64,000 nt of DNA from a virus, in IMG/VR virus record IMGVR_UViG_3300035698_003862, positions 2,401-66,400 of that record. The stretch is one strand, 5' to 3'. Position 1 is the first letter of the stretch. Every line of letters starts with the position of its first letter. The notes beneath the pieces were generated by a model. That model saw only the letters and a program-made list of their open reading frames with translations. It had not been told where the DNA came from and ran no database searches. Made by a program: the position numbers and the translations under genes. Shown one piece after another: positions 41,557 to 50,753 of this stretch.

Positions 41557-43410
41557 ATGAGGACAAAGGAAATCGTTATCGAATGCAAATCGCGTTCGGA
41601 AGAGTTCTATCTGTATGCACTGGGCGATACACACATCGGCGCACTTAACTGTGCTGAGAATGAATTGCGACGGATGGTCGCACGTATCAAGAAACAGACG
41701 AATGCGTATTGGCTCGGTGGTGGAGATTACTGTAGATCACTAAATGCTAAGATTCTGTGCAAATCTGGCTTTAAGTTGTGGCACGATGTAATTCCGGGAG
41801 AATTAATAGCGTCGTTTCACGCTAAAACATTGGTATGGGAGCCGCTAACTGGTATATATTTAACGACAAACCAGCCGTTCAAACGTATGTCAAACACAAC
41901 GTTTACCACGAGATGTACGCCTGATCACGGATGGCTAGTACAAGATGGTCATCGTAGTCGACGTGACGGACAAGAAAGTAGCGTGACTAAGATTAAGACC
42001 AAAAATCTTAAACAAGGTCATCGAATATTGATAGCTGCGCCGATGGAAGATATAACCACAACCAAGTTAACTGACAAAGAAGCCAAACTGTTAGCGTGGC
42101 TGGTTACTGACGGTACGCATAAAACGGCTGGTTCAATTCAAGCCAGTATATTTCAGAGTAAGGAACCATACGTTACAGAAATACGTAACGAGCTTGGTGA
42201 TTACATGACGAGTGAGAAAGCATACGATGATGGTTCGCTGTTCCATGTACGCTCTAGTGATTTACGTGCTATTCTGGATCGGTTAGGTATATCACAGAAC
42301 GGTATTAAGGCAGCAATGCCAGGTCTTGTGTGTTCGATATCACAACAAGCTAGGCAAGCTATGTTTGACGCAATGTTAAAGGCGGAAGGTTGGTACGAAG
42401 GTCGATGGCGATTCTCACAAAAACCAGGACCTGTACTTGAAGCGTTTCAGATACTAGCAACTTTATTAGGTGAAAGATTATCGCCTGCTAAACCTAACAA
42501 GAACGGTGTAATGGTATGTTCTGTCGTACGTAGAAGCAAACATGTAACTGTTACGGATTTGGTGATAGAAGATGACGGCCGAGAATCAGCATGGTGCCCT
42601 GTTACCAAATCAGGTAGTTGGGTATCACTAGAGGACGGTCAAGTCACAATCACGGGTAACTGCGATGCAGTGATTCTCAATGACACCAAACGCTTCGATC
42701 CCGACACGCTTCCGAACTGGATGCTTACAGGCGGGGCTGAGAAGGTACGTAAGAATATCAAGGACATGTTGGCCGCACAACGGACGCGGTTCTTGCAGAT
42801 CGTCGAACCGATCAGAGACAAATGTATCGGTATGATAGAAGGGAACCACGAGTACGCCATTATGAAGCACCACAACCGGGACCATCAAAGGTCGTTGTGT
42901 GAGTTCATGGGTGTGGATGACTTGACTGACTGCGCGTTCCTGCGCTTGAAGTTTCGCCGTAGCTACGCTGACAAGAACCCCAAGTCTAAGTCGGGGAAGC
43001 AATCCCAAACAGCAATAGTTCGTGTGTTCATATGTCACGGGCATGGTGGTGGTCGCACGTCAGGAGCTGAGCCTAATAGGCTTTATCGACTGGCAGCTGA
43101 CAAGGAAGCTGATGTGATCCTAACAGGGCACTCACATACATTCCATATCCATCCGCCTATACCTATGATGTTCCTGCAATCGCGTGGGAAGCTGCTACAT
43201 GAACCGTTGGTTTATGACAAACACGTAGCGAATTGGGGTGCGTACGTGTTCACGTACAAGTCCGGACCATCAACGTACGTCAGTCGCGCTAACTACCCAC
43301 TGCGACCGATGTATACAGTGGAGGTGAAGATGCGCCCGTTTAACAAGGTGTACGTAGGCGAACATGCGGTGGAAACGCCAGAGATCGAGATGAACGAAGT
43401 GCGACTATGA
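41557..43410 (+). CDS. Calcineurin-like metallophosphoesterase with intein
   Basis: GDTHIG, GGDY|CD, GNHE, CHG, GHSH. Confidence 0.85.
   Translation: MRTKEIVIECKSRSEEFYLYALGDTHIGALNCAENELRRMVARIKKQTNAYWLGGGDYCRSLNAKILCKSGFKLWHDVIPGELIASFHAKTLVWEPLTGIYLTTNQPFKRMSNTTFTTRCTPDHGWLVQDGHRSRRDGQESSVTKIKTKNLKQGHRILIAAPMEDITTTKLTDKEAKLLAWLVTDGTHKTAGSIQASIFQSKEPYVTEIRNELGDYMTSEKAYDDGSLFHVRSSDLRAILDRLGISQNGIKAAMPGLVCSISQQARQAMFDAMLKAEGWYEGRWRFSQKPGPVLEAFQILATLLGERLSPAKPNKNGVMVCSVVRRSKHVTVTDLVIEDDGRESAWCPVTKSGSWVSLEDGQVTITGNCDAVILNDTKRFDPDTLPNWMLTGGAEKVRKNIKDMLAAQRTRFLQIVEPIRDKCIGMIEGNHEYAIMKHHNRDHQRSLCEFMGVDDLTDCAFLRLKFRRSYADKNPKSKSGKQSQTAIVRVFICHGHGGGRTSGAEPNRLYRLAADKEADVILTGHSHTFHIHPPIPMMFLQSRGKLLHEPLVYDKHVANWGAYVFTYKSGPSTYVSRANYPLRPMYTVEVKMRPFNKVYVGEHAVETPEIEMNEVRL
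41731..42660 (+). mobile_element. Intein (310 aa) with LAGLIDADG-type endonuclease
   Basis: Starts CRSLN, block B CTPDHGW, LAWLVTDG and AMLKAEG, ends ITGN, +1 residue C. Confidence 0.88.
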
Positions 43411-43474
43411 GCCACTTCCGCCGACATAATACAACAACTTATTGAGGGCCGTCAGTAGACGGCGTGAGTCACAG

Positions 43475-43523
43475 AGAGCCATCACCGAATCGACGTCATG
43501 TCATTTTGGTGATGGCTCTTTTT
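43475..43523 (+). terminator. Intrinsic terminator
   Basis: AGAGCCATCACC...GGTGATGGCTCT followed by TTTT. Confidence 0.7.
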
Positions 43524-43529
43524 ACGGTA

Positions 43530-43564
43530 AACAGTGAACAGTGAACAGTGAACAGTGAACAGTG
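43530..43564 (+). repeat. (AACAGTG)x5 tandem repeat directly before an RBS
   Basis: Five exact 7-mers followed by AGGAG. Confidence 0.9.
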
Positions 43565-43575
43565 AGGAGAGAACA

Positions 43576-44139
43576 ATGGGTGAATGCGAGAAACATCAGC
43601 GGCTGATATGTGCAGCATGTGGCAGGGAGCTTACCTGCAAGAAGAACGGGGTGTCCGTTCATTTCGGCAAGTCTATCGTATACGATTCAGACCTGTGGGA
43701 GTGTGGGAGTTGTGGTATACGCGTGGCGCGGACAGCGCCTGCTTACCAGGAGACTGACAACCCGTTCAGAACTGAGCTTGACATCGAGATGCGGGTTGGG
43801 CGCAGCGATGGTAAGGACACTGATCCCAAAGAGGCACGTCGCCAGGAGAAGCTTGACTACGTGCAGGAGCAGCTGAAAGCCAACGAGTGCAGCGCTCTCA
43901 TGCTGGGCACTACGGAAGACCAGATCCTCTATGCTGACGCCATCCTGGGTGTCATAGGTGAAGGTAAACATATGCGCGTGCTCTACAGTGGCAGCAAGGT
44001 CGTCGTGGCGCTGATGGAGATGATGACGTGCTCCTACGAGAAAGCGATGGAATGGTATAGCTTCAACACTATCCGATCTATCCAGTACATGAAACCTGAA
44101 GACAACCCACCCGTTTTGGTCGACAACCCCATCTGCTAG
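43576..44139 (+). CDS. Hypothetical protein with N-terminal zinc ribbon
   Basis: CAAC...CGSC; C-terminal EWYSFN. Confidence 0.6.
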   Translation: MGECEKHQRLICAACGRELTCKKNGVSVHFGKSIVYDSDLWECGSCGIRVARTAPAYQETDNPFRTELDIEMRVGRSDGKDTDPKEARRQEKLDYVQEQLKANECSALMLGTTEDQILYADAILGVIGEGKHMRVLYSGSKVVVALMEMMTCSYEKAMEWYSFNTIRSIQYMKPEDNPPVLVDNPIC

Positions 44140-44148
44140 GAGCCTATC

Positions 44149-44661
44149 ATGAGTTTACTATTACACAAAGAGAAGGGGGTCAACCCCTACATGACTTACT
44201 GTCCCCGCTGCGGCGGTGACGGACCCGAGCTGTTGCTGCTCGGTGCAGTGCATGAGAAGTACACCTGCCCCAGCTGTGGTACGCTCCACATAGGGCGGCC
44301 GGATAAGGGCCAGTGCGCCGGGTGTGCCAATAGGTACCAAACAGGACAGCAGTGGAAGGTGGAGGAGATCGGTGAGTCCGAGAAGCTCCCTGGTAGTATC
44401 TGCGACAAGTGCAAGGAGAACGTCAAGCAGCTGAAGGAAGAGGTTGAAGCTGGTGGCGTCTACTGGCGCTGCATAGATTGTAAAGCTGAAGGCGCCATCA
44501 AGCGTGATCATCCGTTCGCTAAGGCCGTACGTGACCAGGGCAACATACAACCCCCGGACCCTGTAGGTGTGGAGTTCAGTAAGGAAGATTGCCCGTTGTG
44601 CTCAGAGCATGCTAAGGCCGATAAGGTAACTGAAGAAAACCTTGCACCCGCCGGCGGTTAG
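44149..44661 (+). CDS. Cys-rich zinc-finger protein
   Basis: Six CxxC pairs; AGGAG RBS. Confidence 0.65.
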   Translation: MSLLLHKEKGVNPYMTYCPRCGGDGPELLLLGAVHEKYTCPSCGTLHIGRPDKGQCAGCANRYQTGQQWKVEEIGESEKLPGSICDKCKENVKQLKEEVEAGGVYWRCIDCKAEGAIKRDHPFAKAVRDQGNIQPPDPVGVEFSKEDCPLCSEHAKADKVTEENLAPAGG

Positions 44662-44836
44662 TGCTACGTTATTGATGCTGTACCGTCGGGACAACTACAA
44701 CGGCACAAAGGTCACTGCGATCAGCATGCAAGGGGGCTGGTTCTCGTCACGGCAGCGCTACACAATATAAAGCAGCCCCCTATTTGTGCCCGGACAGGTA
44801 AACCCTGTACCGGGCACTCCACTTTAGGAGATCATC

Positions 44837-45091
44837 ATGGGCGACAAAGTAATAGAACCAGATGAGGTTATTCAACCAGGACAGCTGAGTGAAGCGGAAC
44901 TACGTGATCGTCGGTCACCTAAGCTTCGTAAGGGCTTCAGGGTATGGACGCAGGGGGGCAAACAACACGCACGTATAAGCTTCAGTGTCGTGACAGAGCC
45001 GCCTAACCCCAGAGACTTGCCGTATAACTACAACGAAGCTATCAGGGCCCAGAACGAATTCAATCAAACACTAAGGAGAAACGTATTATGA
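44837..45091 (+). CDS. Hypothetical protein
   Basis: AGGAG RBS. Confidence 0.55.
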   Translation: MGDKVIEPDEVIQPGQLSEAELRDRRSPKLRKGFRVWTQGGKQHARISFSVVTEPPNPRDLPYNYNEAIRAQNEFNQTLRRNVL

Positions 45092-45447
45092 AAGCAGGAT
45101 GTTGGGACTGTGTGCTGAAGCACCTTGGCAATGCTAAGGTACAGCACCCTGAGACACGCTTAGGCTACCCGGAACACTCGCTCGATATCATCGGGCACTT
45201 GGACCAGGCCAGCGAGGAAAGCCTTGAGTTCAGCCCTCAGTTAGCTGAGGTGCTGCGACAGCATCGTAAGCGGTTCACGCAGGACACAATGCACGTGCCG
45301 CCTTACGACGACCTCTACAGCTACGTACGCATGCTGGAGAAGTGCCACACTGGCGGTATCCCGTTACCGGAACCCCCGGTCGAAGTAAAGGTAATCGAAG
45401 AGGAGGTAGCAACAGATGACGGACGAGAAGAGACGATCATTCCTTGA
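45088..45447 (+). CDS. Hypothetical protein
   Basis: AAGGAG RBS; CWDC..KH. Confidence 0.55.
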   Translation: MKAGCWDCVLKHLGNAKVQHPETRLGYPEHSLDIIGHLDQASEESLEFSPQLAEVLRQHRKRFTQDTMHVPPYDDLYSYVRMLEKCHTGGIPLPEPPVEVKVIEEEVATDDGREETIIP

Positions 45448-45744
45448 CGCTGTTGATGACTCTGATGTCATTGAGGTGACTCCATACGAAGCCAAATTCC
45501 TGAACAACAACACGAATCGACAGACGTTCACGCCCAAACAGTGTAACGTCATCGATCAGATGATGGCCAGGTACGGTTCAAGACTGTCATTCTGACAGCA
45601 TTAATTTCCACGCTATAGTAGTTATAACTATACACAGGAACTATGTCTCCGATTCATTCATACCAACGCGGATGGTGTGTCTTTTATCGGTAGCCGTGGT
45701 CCACAGTACGCAGTGAAACAGACTCCAAACAGGAGAACAGTAAA

Positions 45745-46725
45745 ATGCAGAACATAGGCAATAGTGTAGGATCAGCAATAGAAGTAGCGCTTGACCAAAC
45801 AGGCACAATGCTACCGGCAGGCTGTACGTTACGGCTAGTTGGGTTCGTCACAGAGAATATCCTTAAAGGGAACCTTACGGTCCCGGCTACAGAAACCCAA
45901 CAGGGTTTCATCATCGTTGGCCCAGGTACCACGAAGGCAGGTCTCAAGGACCTCAGCTTGCGTGAGTGCAGGGCGTATCGCTGGGTGCTCAACCCTGTCA
46001 AAATGTTGGGTGGTCAGTACTCGCACGGAGAACACGTATGGAAGCGTACCTACATCAGTGGGCGCTGTGCCATGATACGGGAGAACATGGTTGATCTGGT
46101 ATGTCCGGTCTGCGGCCGCAACAAGCCGAAAATGTGGAGTGATGAGGTGTTTCGCCTCTCGGTCGACAAAGACGGTAACAAGGCACGCAAGCGTTCCGGA
46201 GATAGTTTCGTCCTGTGCAAGAGCTGCACAGATGATCCTAAGATCGATGGCAAGGTAGCCATGAATCAAACGCGCCGCGGTGTATCCATGTTTCCCATGG
46301 ACAACCCCAGGATCGATGCTGCCTTCACAGGTAAGGATGATCCCCGGCTGCAGGCCATGGTTGAGGCCTGGATGATGCCGGAACCGATATATGACGACAC
46401 ACTGCTGCCACGAGTTTGGGCAGTCTACCCTGTGGGTCAGGCACCTACAGACTTCGTACCGCAGGACCCCGTAGCGCAAGCAATCGAGGATCGCTGTGCC
46501 GAGTACGTGATAAAGAAGAATCATCGGTCGGATCCAAGAACTATCCGACCACTGGAACATGCCAGGAAGACACAGAAGGAGGGTGTACGATCTCCGCTGA
46601 GGACCCTGGTCATGGAAGCAGCAGATATGCGTGCTGGCTGGATTCCAGAGGACCTGCTGTTCGAGAATGACAGCGCTGGATTCAAGCGCAGATTCCTATC
46701 TGCGTACGATAATGCGTCAATTTAG
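45745..46725 (+). CDS. Hypothetical protein with zinc ribbon
   Basis: AGGAG RBS; CPVC...CKSC. Confidence 0.65.
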   Translation: MQNIGNSVGSAIEVALDQTGTMLPAGCTLRLVGFVTENILKGNLTVPATETQQGFIIVGPGTTKAGLKDLSLRECRAYRWVLNPVKMLGGQYSHGEHVWKRTYISGRCAMIRENMVDLVCPVCGRNKPKMWSDEVFRLSVDKDGNKARKRSGDSFVLCKSCTDDPKIDGKVAMNQTRRGVSMFPMDNPRIDAAFTGKDDPRLQAMVEAWMMPEPIYDDTLLPRVWAVYPVGQAPTDFVPQDPVAQAIEDRCAEYVIKKNHRSDPRTIRPLEHARKTQKEGVRSPLRTLVMEAADMRAGWIPEDLLFENDSAGFKRRFLSAYDNASI

Positions 46726-46727
46726 GC

Positions 46728-46985
46728 CCTTAAGCTTAAGGACTATGACTATAGTCATAGTCGGTTACGTTAACGGATAGAAATTGATCGGTGCTCAAGT
46801 ATTGGTGTGACCAGGGGCGGTTGATCCGCGCAACCTCCCTGGTCGCATTCTTGCGAATTCTGTCATAAGGTGTTTATTTTTAGCTATTTACGAAGAATCC
46901 TTAAGCTTAAGGACTATGACTATAGTCATAGTCAATTCGGTAATTTAGTCGAATTAAGCTTAAGGACTATGACTATAGTCATAGT
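46728..46985. repeat. Three copies of a 35-bp double palindrome CCTTAAGCTTAAG-GACTATGACTATAGTCATAGTC
   Basis: Copies at 46728-46762, 46899-46933 and 46954-46985 (third slightly trimmed). Confidence 0.92.
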
Positions 46986-47142
46986 ATGCTAGTTCCGTTC
47001 CCCTTCGTGACATGAACGTGAGAATTACTGGTCCCTACTACGTAGGGACTAACAGCAACCCCCAGCGTCATGCCCCTACCCTTCAGACAAGATTTTGGTT
47101 TTTTCAAAAATCCTGCCGAACTGATAAACAAAAGGAGGCTCA

Positions 47143-47844
47143 ATGCCTGAACCCGACAAAATCCAAATCCCGGATACCACGGGCGAAACCCAAAGCACGA
47201 TCATGGGTGACGTAATATACTTCGTCACTATTGAGTACGATCAATTATATGAGAACCCAACTGAGGACTGTGCCGGGATGGGGAAGATGCATTCCCTTAA
47301 CCGTCACCATTGCAACTTCAACGAGGCTTGTCCTCAACTGTTGAAGGATAACCCTGACTCCGTAGCGCTGTCATATTTCGAGCGTGGTCAATCCATGTGG
47401 TTCATTGAAGGGCGCTCCACGCCACCTGGTGTCGAGTTTCAATGGGATGGTGTTAAGTTCGCTGGTGTGTGGGAACCCAATGAGTTCGTCTGTGATGCCG
47501 CAGATACGCTCAACCTGGTTAAGGGTACACCCGACCGGTTAGCCTGGATGCAGGATCAAGCAGCATCTACGTGTGAGGTTTACACGCAGTGGTGCAATGG
47601 CGAGGTGTACAGCTATGACGTTAGCAGGTACGCCTTGCGTAAGAGCGAAGATGGTGATACCTTTGATGCAAAGGATGATTATCGCTTCGATGAAGATCAG
47701 CTGGATGAGTCTAGCTGTGGTTACTACGGATACGAGGCGGTTGAGGCAGCTGTCAAGGAAGTGCTCAAGTACGCACTCGAACAACAAACAGTCGACACAG
47801 AAAAGGAACATGAAACATGTCAGACACAGACAACGAAACAGTGA
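47143..47844 (+). CDS. Hypothetical protein
   Basis: AGGAGG RBS; YTQWCNGEVY and SCGYYG motifs. Confidence 0.7.
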   Translation: MPEPDKIQIPDTTGETQSTIMGDVIYFVTIEYDQLYENPTEDCAGMGKMHSLNRHHCNFNEACPQLLKDNPDSVALSYFERGQSMWFIEGRSTPPGVEFQWDGVKFAGVWEPNEFVCDAADTLNLVKGTPDRLAWMQDQAASTCEVYTQWCNGEVYSYDVSRYALRKSEDGDTFDAKDDYRFDEDQLDESSCGYYGYEAVEAAVKEVLKYALEQQTVDTEKEHETCQTQTTKQ

Positions 47845-47937
47845 CTCCAGAAGTGGGATCCTAAGGCTAAGAGCTATTGCCCGTACACAGCCCTTCAGCT
47901 GCTTGATCTTATCCTGCAGCCACTGTGTGATGCGGTT

Positions 47938-48279
47938 ATGACCCGAGAGGTCATAGAGGCACTTCCCGTAGGGCGGTGCTCTATGCATGATAATTGGAAT
48001 TGGAAGGGCACGCGCATGGCAGAGGGGATCCTGTGCGTCCATACGCTCGCTAAGCGCCTAGGAGTGCTCCAGAAGGCCCGCAAAGCCTATGGCCCTCACT
48101 TAGTACACGTCAAGGCCCTGGAACGCCGCCTACGGGGCACCTGCAACGTTGGTGACTATTTCTTTGAATGGGTTGAGGAGGAGCAACGCAAGTACAAGGG
48201 GAAAGCTAAGTGCAAGCGATCGAAAGAGCCAAAGGTACCTTCGGCGAGCAGCTCCGGGAGTATCGAGAACGAATCATAG
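47938..48279 (+). CDS. Hypothetical protein
   Basis: 113 aa ORF. Confidence 0.4.
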   Translation: MTREVIEALPVGRCSMHDNWNWKGTRMAEGILCVHTLAKRLGVLQKARKAYGPHLVHVKALERRLRGTCNVGDYFFEWVEEEQRKYKGKAKCKRSKEPKVPSASSSGSIENES

Positions 48280-48506
48280 CTACACGTGCCGAGTTGGCCG
48301 TGATGATCGGTGTGTCACTTGAGACAGTACGTGCGTGGGAGCGCAATAAGCGTAAGCCCACTCACGTACATCTTCTTCAGCTGGCCGTGGCGCTGGAACT
48401 AGATCCAACAGAACGACTTAGGTTACAGCATCCATTGTATGCTTTAGAATTCCCTCCGACGGTATTGACACCGCACATGGGCGGTGATACAACTGAAGAC
48501 AGTTAA
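48210..48506 (+). CDS. XRE-family HTH regulator
   Basis: FGEQLREYR...ELAVMIGVSLETVRAWERNKRKP. Confidence 0.8.
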   Translation: MQAIERAKGTFGEQLREYRERIIATRAELAVMIGVSLETVRAWERNKRKPTHVHLLQLAVALELDPTERLRLQHPLYALEFPPTVLTPHMGGDTTEDS

Positions 48507-48580
48507 TGCGGGGTAGCGCAGTCGGTAGCGCGTCTGACTCATAATCAAAAGGCCGTCGGTTCGAGTCCGGCCCCGCAACT
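48507..48580 (+). tRNA. tRNA-Met(CAT), initiator-like, slightly degenerate
   Basis: Loop CTCATAA, TTCGAGT T-loop; one anticodon-stem mismatch, 3' acceptor strand 1 nt short, no CCA. Confidence 0.7.
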
Positions 48581-48606
48581 AACTCTCTCAGCCAGGAGGA
48601 TACGAG

Positions 48607-48852
48607 ATGCCCAGTCGACGTAACGTGTGTACCGTTCACGACGAAATCGGTAAAATTGGGCGCGTACTGAAGAAGCAGAGCCAAGATTTCCACACAGCTA
48701 AACAGTTGAGGAAAGCTATGGTCGAGGCAGCTGATAAGCTCGCTAAGTTGAAGTCCGAGGCTAAACAGTACGGCATTGTGATGGAGAACCGGATGGTGGC
48801 GTATTACAACTCCATCATCGAGCTTGGATTTGAACGAACAAGAGATGAATGA
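48607..48852 (+). CDS. Hypothetical protein
   Basis: AGGAGG RBS. Confidence 0.55.
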   Translation: MPSRRNVCTVHDEIGKIGRVLKKQSQDFHTAKQLRKAMVEAADKLAKLKSEAKQYGIVMENRMVAYYNSIIELGFERTRDE

Positions 48853-48862
48853 TTTACTTTTT

Positions 48863-49241
48863 GGGGGTGTATTTGGTTTCGACATAGGGATTGCCTAATT
48901 GTTACTGCATGCCGAGGACTCCGGTTGGCCTCGTTAAACTTCCGGAACACAAAGTAACTGATAACACAGTTGCATTCCCTGGTGTACCCGCGCAATTTGC
49001 GCGGGCCGCGTAAGCGACCAGCGTCAGCCCTGCGACTCCGCTAACAGGTGCTGGCGACGACAGCGGATACGCCGGTGAATCCGGTGATGCTGACTCGGGC
49101 GTAGATCAGCTGGAAATATTGGCCCGTGACGGCGGCTGGAAAGACAGTCGAAGGGTGTTGGTGCCCTCATCATCAAATATGCATGTAGACGTGACAGTGA
49201 AGCCCGCTATGGACAGGACTTCGATGTCCTCACCTCCACCA
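48863..49241 (+). ncRNA. ssrA: tmRNA; tag (A)DNTVAFPGVPAQFARAA
   Basis: GGGGGTG...GGTTTCGAC 5' end, G3-U70 acceptor CACCTCC-ACCA, GCATG helix, PK1 region, TAACTG resume context, tag at 48960-49013 ending AA-stop. Confidence 0.92.
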
Positions 49242-49276
49242 CTTGATACAAACGAAAGAGCAATAATGATTCAGGA

Positions 49277-50347
49277 GTGATTAAGATGACGAAGAAGAAA
49301 ACAACGACTGCTAAGACAGAGCTACGCAATTTGAGTGTTGAAGTAGCGGAACGCATTGTATTCAACCTTGTACCCGGCATGCGCACCACGTTCATTGACA
49401 CCGTGATGTCGGCACGCAGTATGCGCAGGGGTGCTGCCTCCAAACCAACAAAGTCGAACTTCCCAGCTGGTATTGACAAAGATCTGGCAGCCATCATGTC
49501 GCCGCCAATCGCGGCTAAGTACTATGGTTTCTACCCCAAGCGGTGGACACCCAATCGTGTTACGGATATGCGGCGTGCTGCGCATTACATGCTTATAGGT
49601 GCACCAGATTACGTGCGCACTGAGTGTGAATTCAATCGTCTACGTGGCGTTGATGGATTAGCGCGTATGCAAGAGGGTCAGCAGGAAGGTCAGTACCTGG
49701 AGACAATAGAGTTCATACACGGTGGTTGTATTCCGCATAACGAGCTGGGTAGAGCTGTGGTGGATGTTTTGCTGCGACATGAATTGATTACGAACGCAGA
49801 TTACACGGTGACGAAGAACCAGGACTACAGGGGACAGGCTGCTAAGCTCGCTGCTGAAGCTAAGCTCCGTGCTAAAGTTGATCTCGCTACTAAAACTCAG
49901 ACCAAAAGGGATGCAACACCTGAACCTACTACTGAGGCCGCACAGACTGAGCTGCCTTTGGCCTCAGACACAGCAGCAGATATGCTATCCGTCCGAGATG
50001 ATATCAAGGAAGTAGGTGATGTACTGGACAAGCGGTGGACTGACGTAGTTAACTTCTTTTACGACCAGTCAGCGCTAGTTGAATCTCTCGTTGATAGGTT
50101 GGGGCGAGGCACGAGTACCCTGGAGCGTTTCATTTCACGCGTAGATAAGGTGGTCGCAGCGACTGAGCAGCTGACCAATAATCAGGCCGCAAGTCAACGT
50201 AAGCTCATCGACGCGCAGGCCAACGTGATACAGCACATGAATGCACATCTGAGTACGGGTGCTCTAGTTAAGATCACTGACTCTGCGTCATTGACGCCAA
50301 CGGATGCTGACACTGCTCGTCTAGCTGATCAGCAGGCGACAGGTTAG
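49277..50347 (+). CDS. Hypothetical protein (356 aa)
   Basis: Long ORF; AGGAG upstream. Confidence 0.65.
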   Translation: MIKMTKKKTTTAKTELRNLSVEVAERIVFNLVPGMRTTFIDTVMSARSMRRGAASKPTKSNFPAGIDKDLAAIMSPPIAAKYYGFYPKRWTPNRVTDMRRAAHYMLIGAPDYVRTECEFNRLRGVDGLARMQEGQQEGQYLETIEFIHGGCIPHNELGRAVVDVLLRHELITNADYTVTKNQDYRGQAAKLAAEAKLRAKVDLATKTQTKRDATPEPTTEAAQTELPLASDTAADMLSVRDDIKEVGDVLDKRWTDVVNFFYDQSALVESLVDRLGRGTSTLERFISRVDKVVAATEQLTNNQAASQRKLIDAQANVIQHMNAHLSTGALVKITDSASLTPTDADTARLADQQATG

Positions 50348-50434
50348 GTTTCAATACATTATGGGTTCCTGCTTACCAGCTTAAGCAGGTGGTGGAAGCG
50401 GGTTAATCCCCGTGCCCCTGCCCGGGACTTTTTT

Positions 50435-50591
50435 AGCGCTGTCGTAGAGGAGACTTGCGTTGTGGTGGAGCCGGCTTCACCGTGGCGTATCGCTAGCATG
50501 TCGGGTTGTTGGTTTTGGGACAAAAATTGATCAAAAGTAGTCCCAAAAGCACAGCTCGGAGACGCAGGAGAATACCCTGCCGGCGCTTTCA
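50435..50591 (+). ncRNA. tRNA-shaped RNA with expanded multi-hairpin central domain
   Basis: AGCGCTG/CGGCGCT acceptor, GCAGG-7nt-CCTGC T-arm-like hairpin, internal long stems; intergenic. Confidence 0.5.
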
Positions 50592-50753
50592 TTTTGCTCA
50601 TAGGAGTGGTGGGGATAAACCGCTGCGGCCCGGTGCACCAGGCTGAACCTCTTGTCCTAACTCCGTAAGGTGCAGTGGGCATATGATGGGTCGCCCTGTG
50701 AGTATTCACTTTCTGATACGCCAATACCAAACATCCATAAATCTAGGAGAAAT

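Noticed and set aside
46728-46985. CRISPR array
   Set aside because: Gaps of about 136 and 20 nt are too unequal, the repeats are perfect double palindromes, and no cas genes are adjacent
50611-50622. GGGGATAAACCG matching the 3' end of a type I-E CRISPR repeat
   Set aside because: Single 12-nt match without the complementary TTCCCC arm; likely chance
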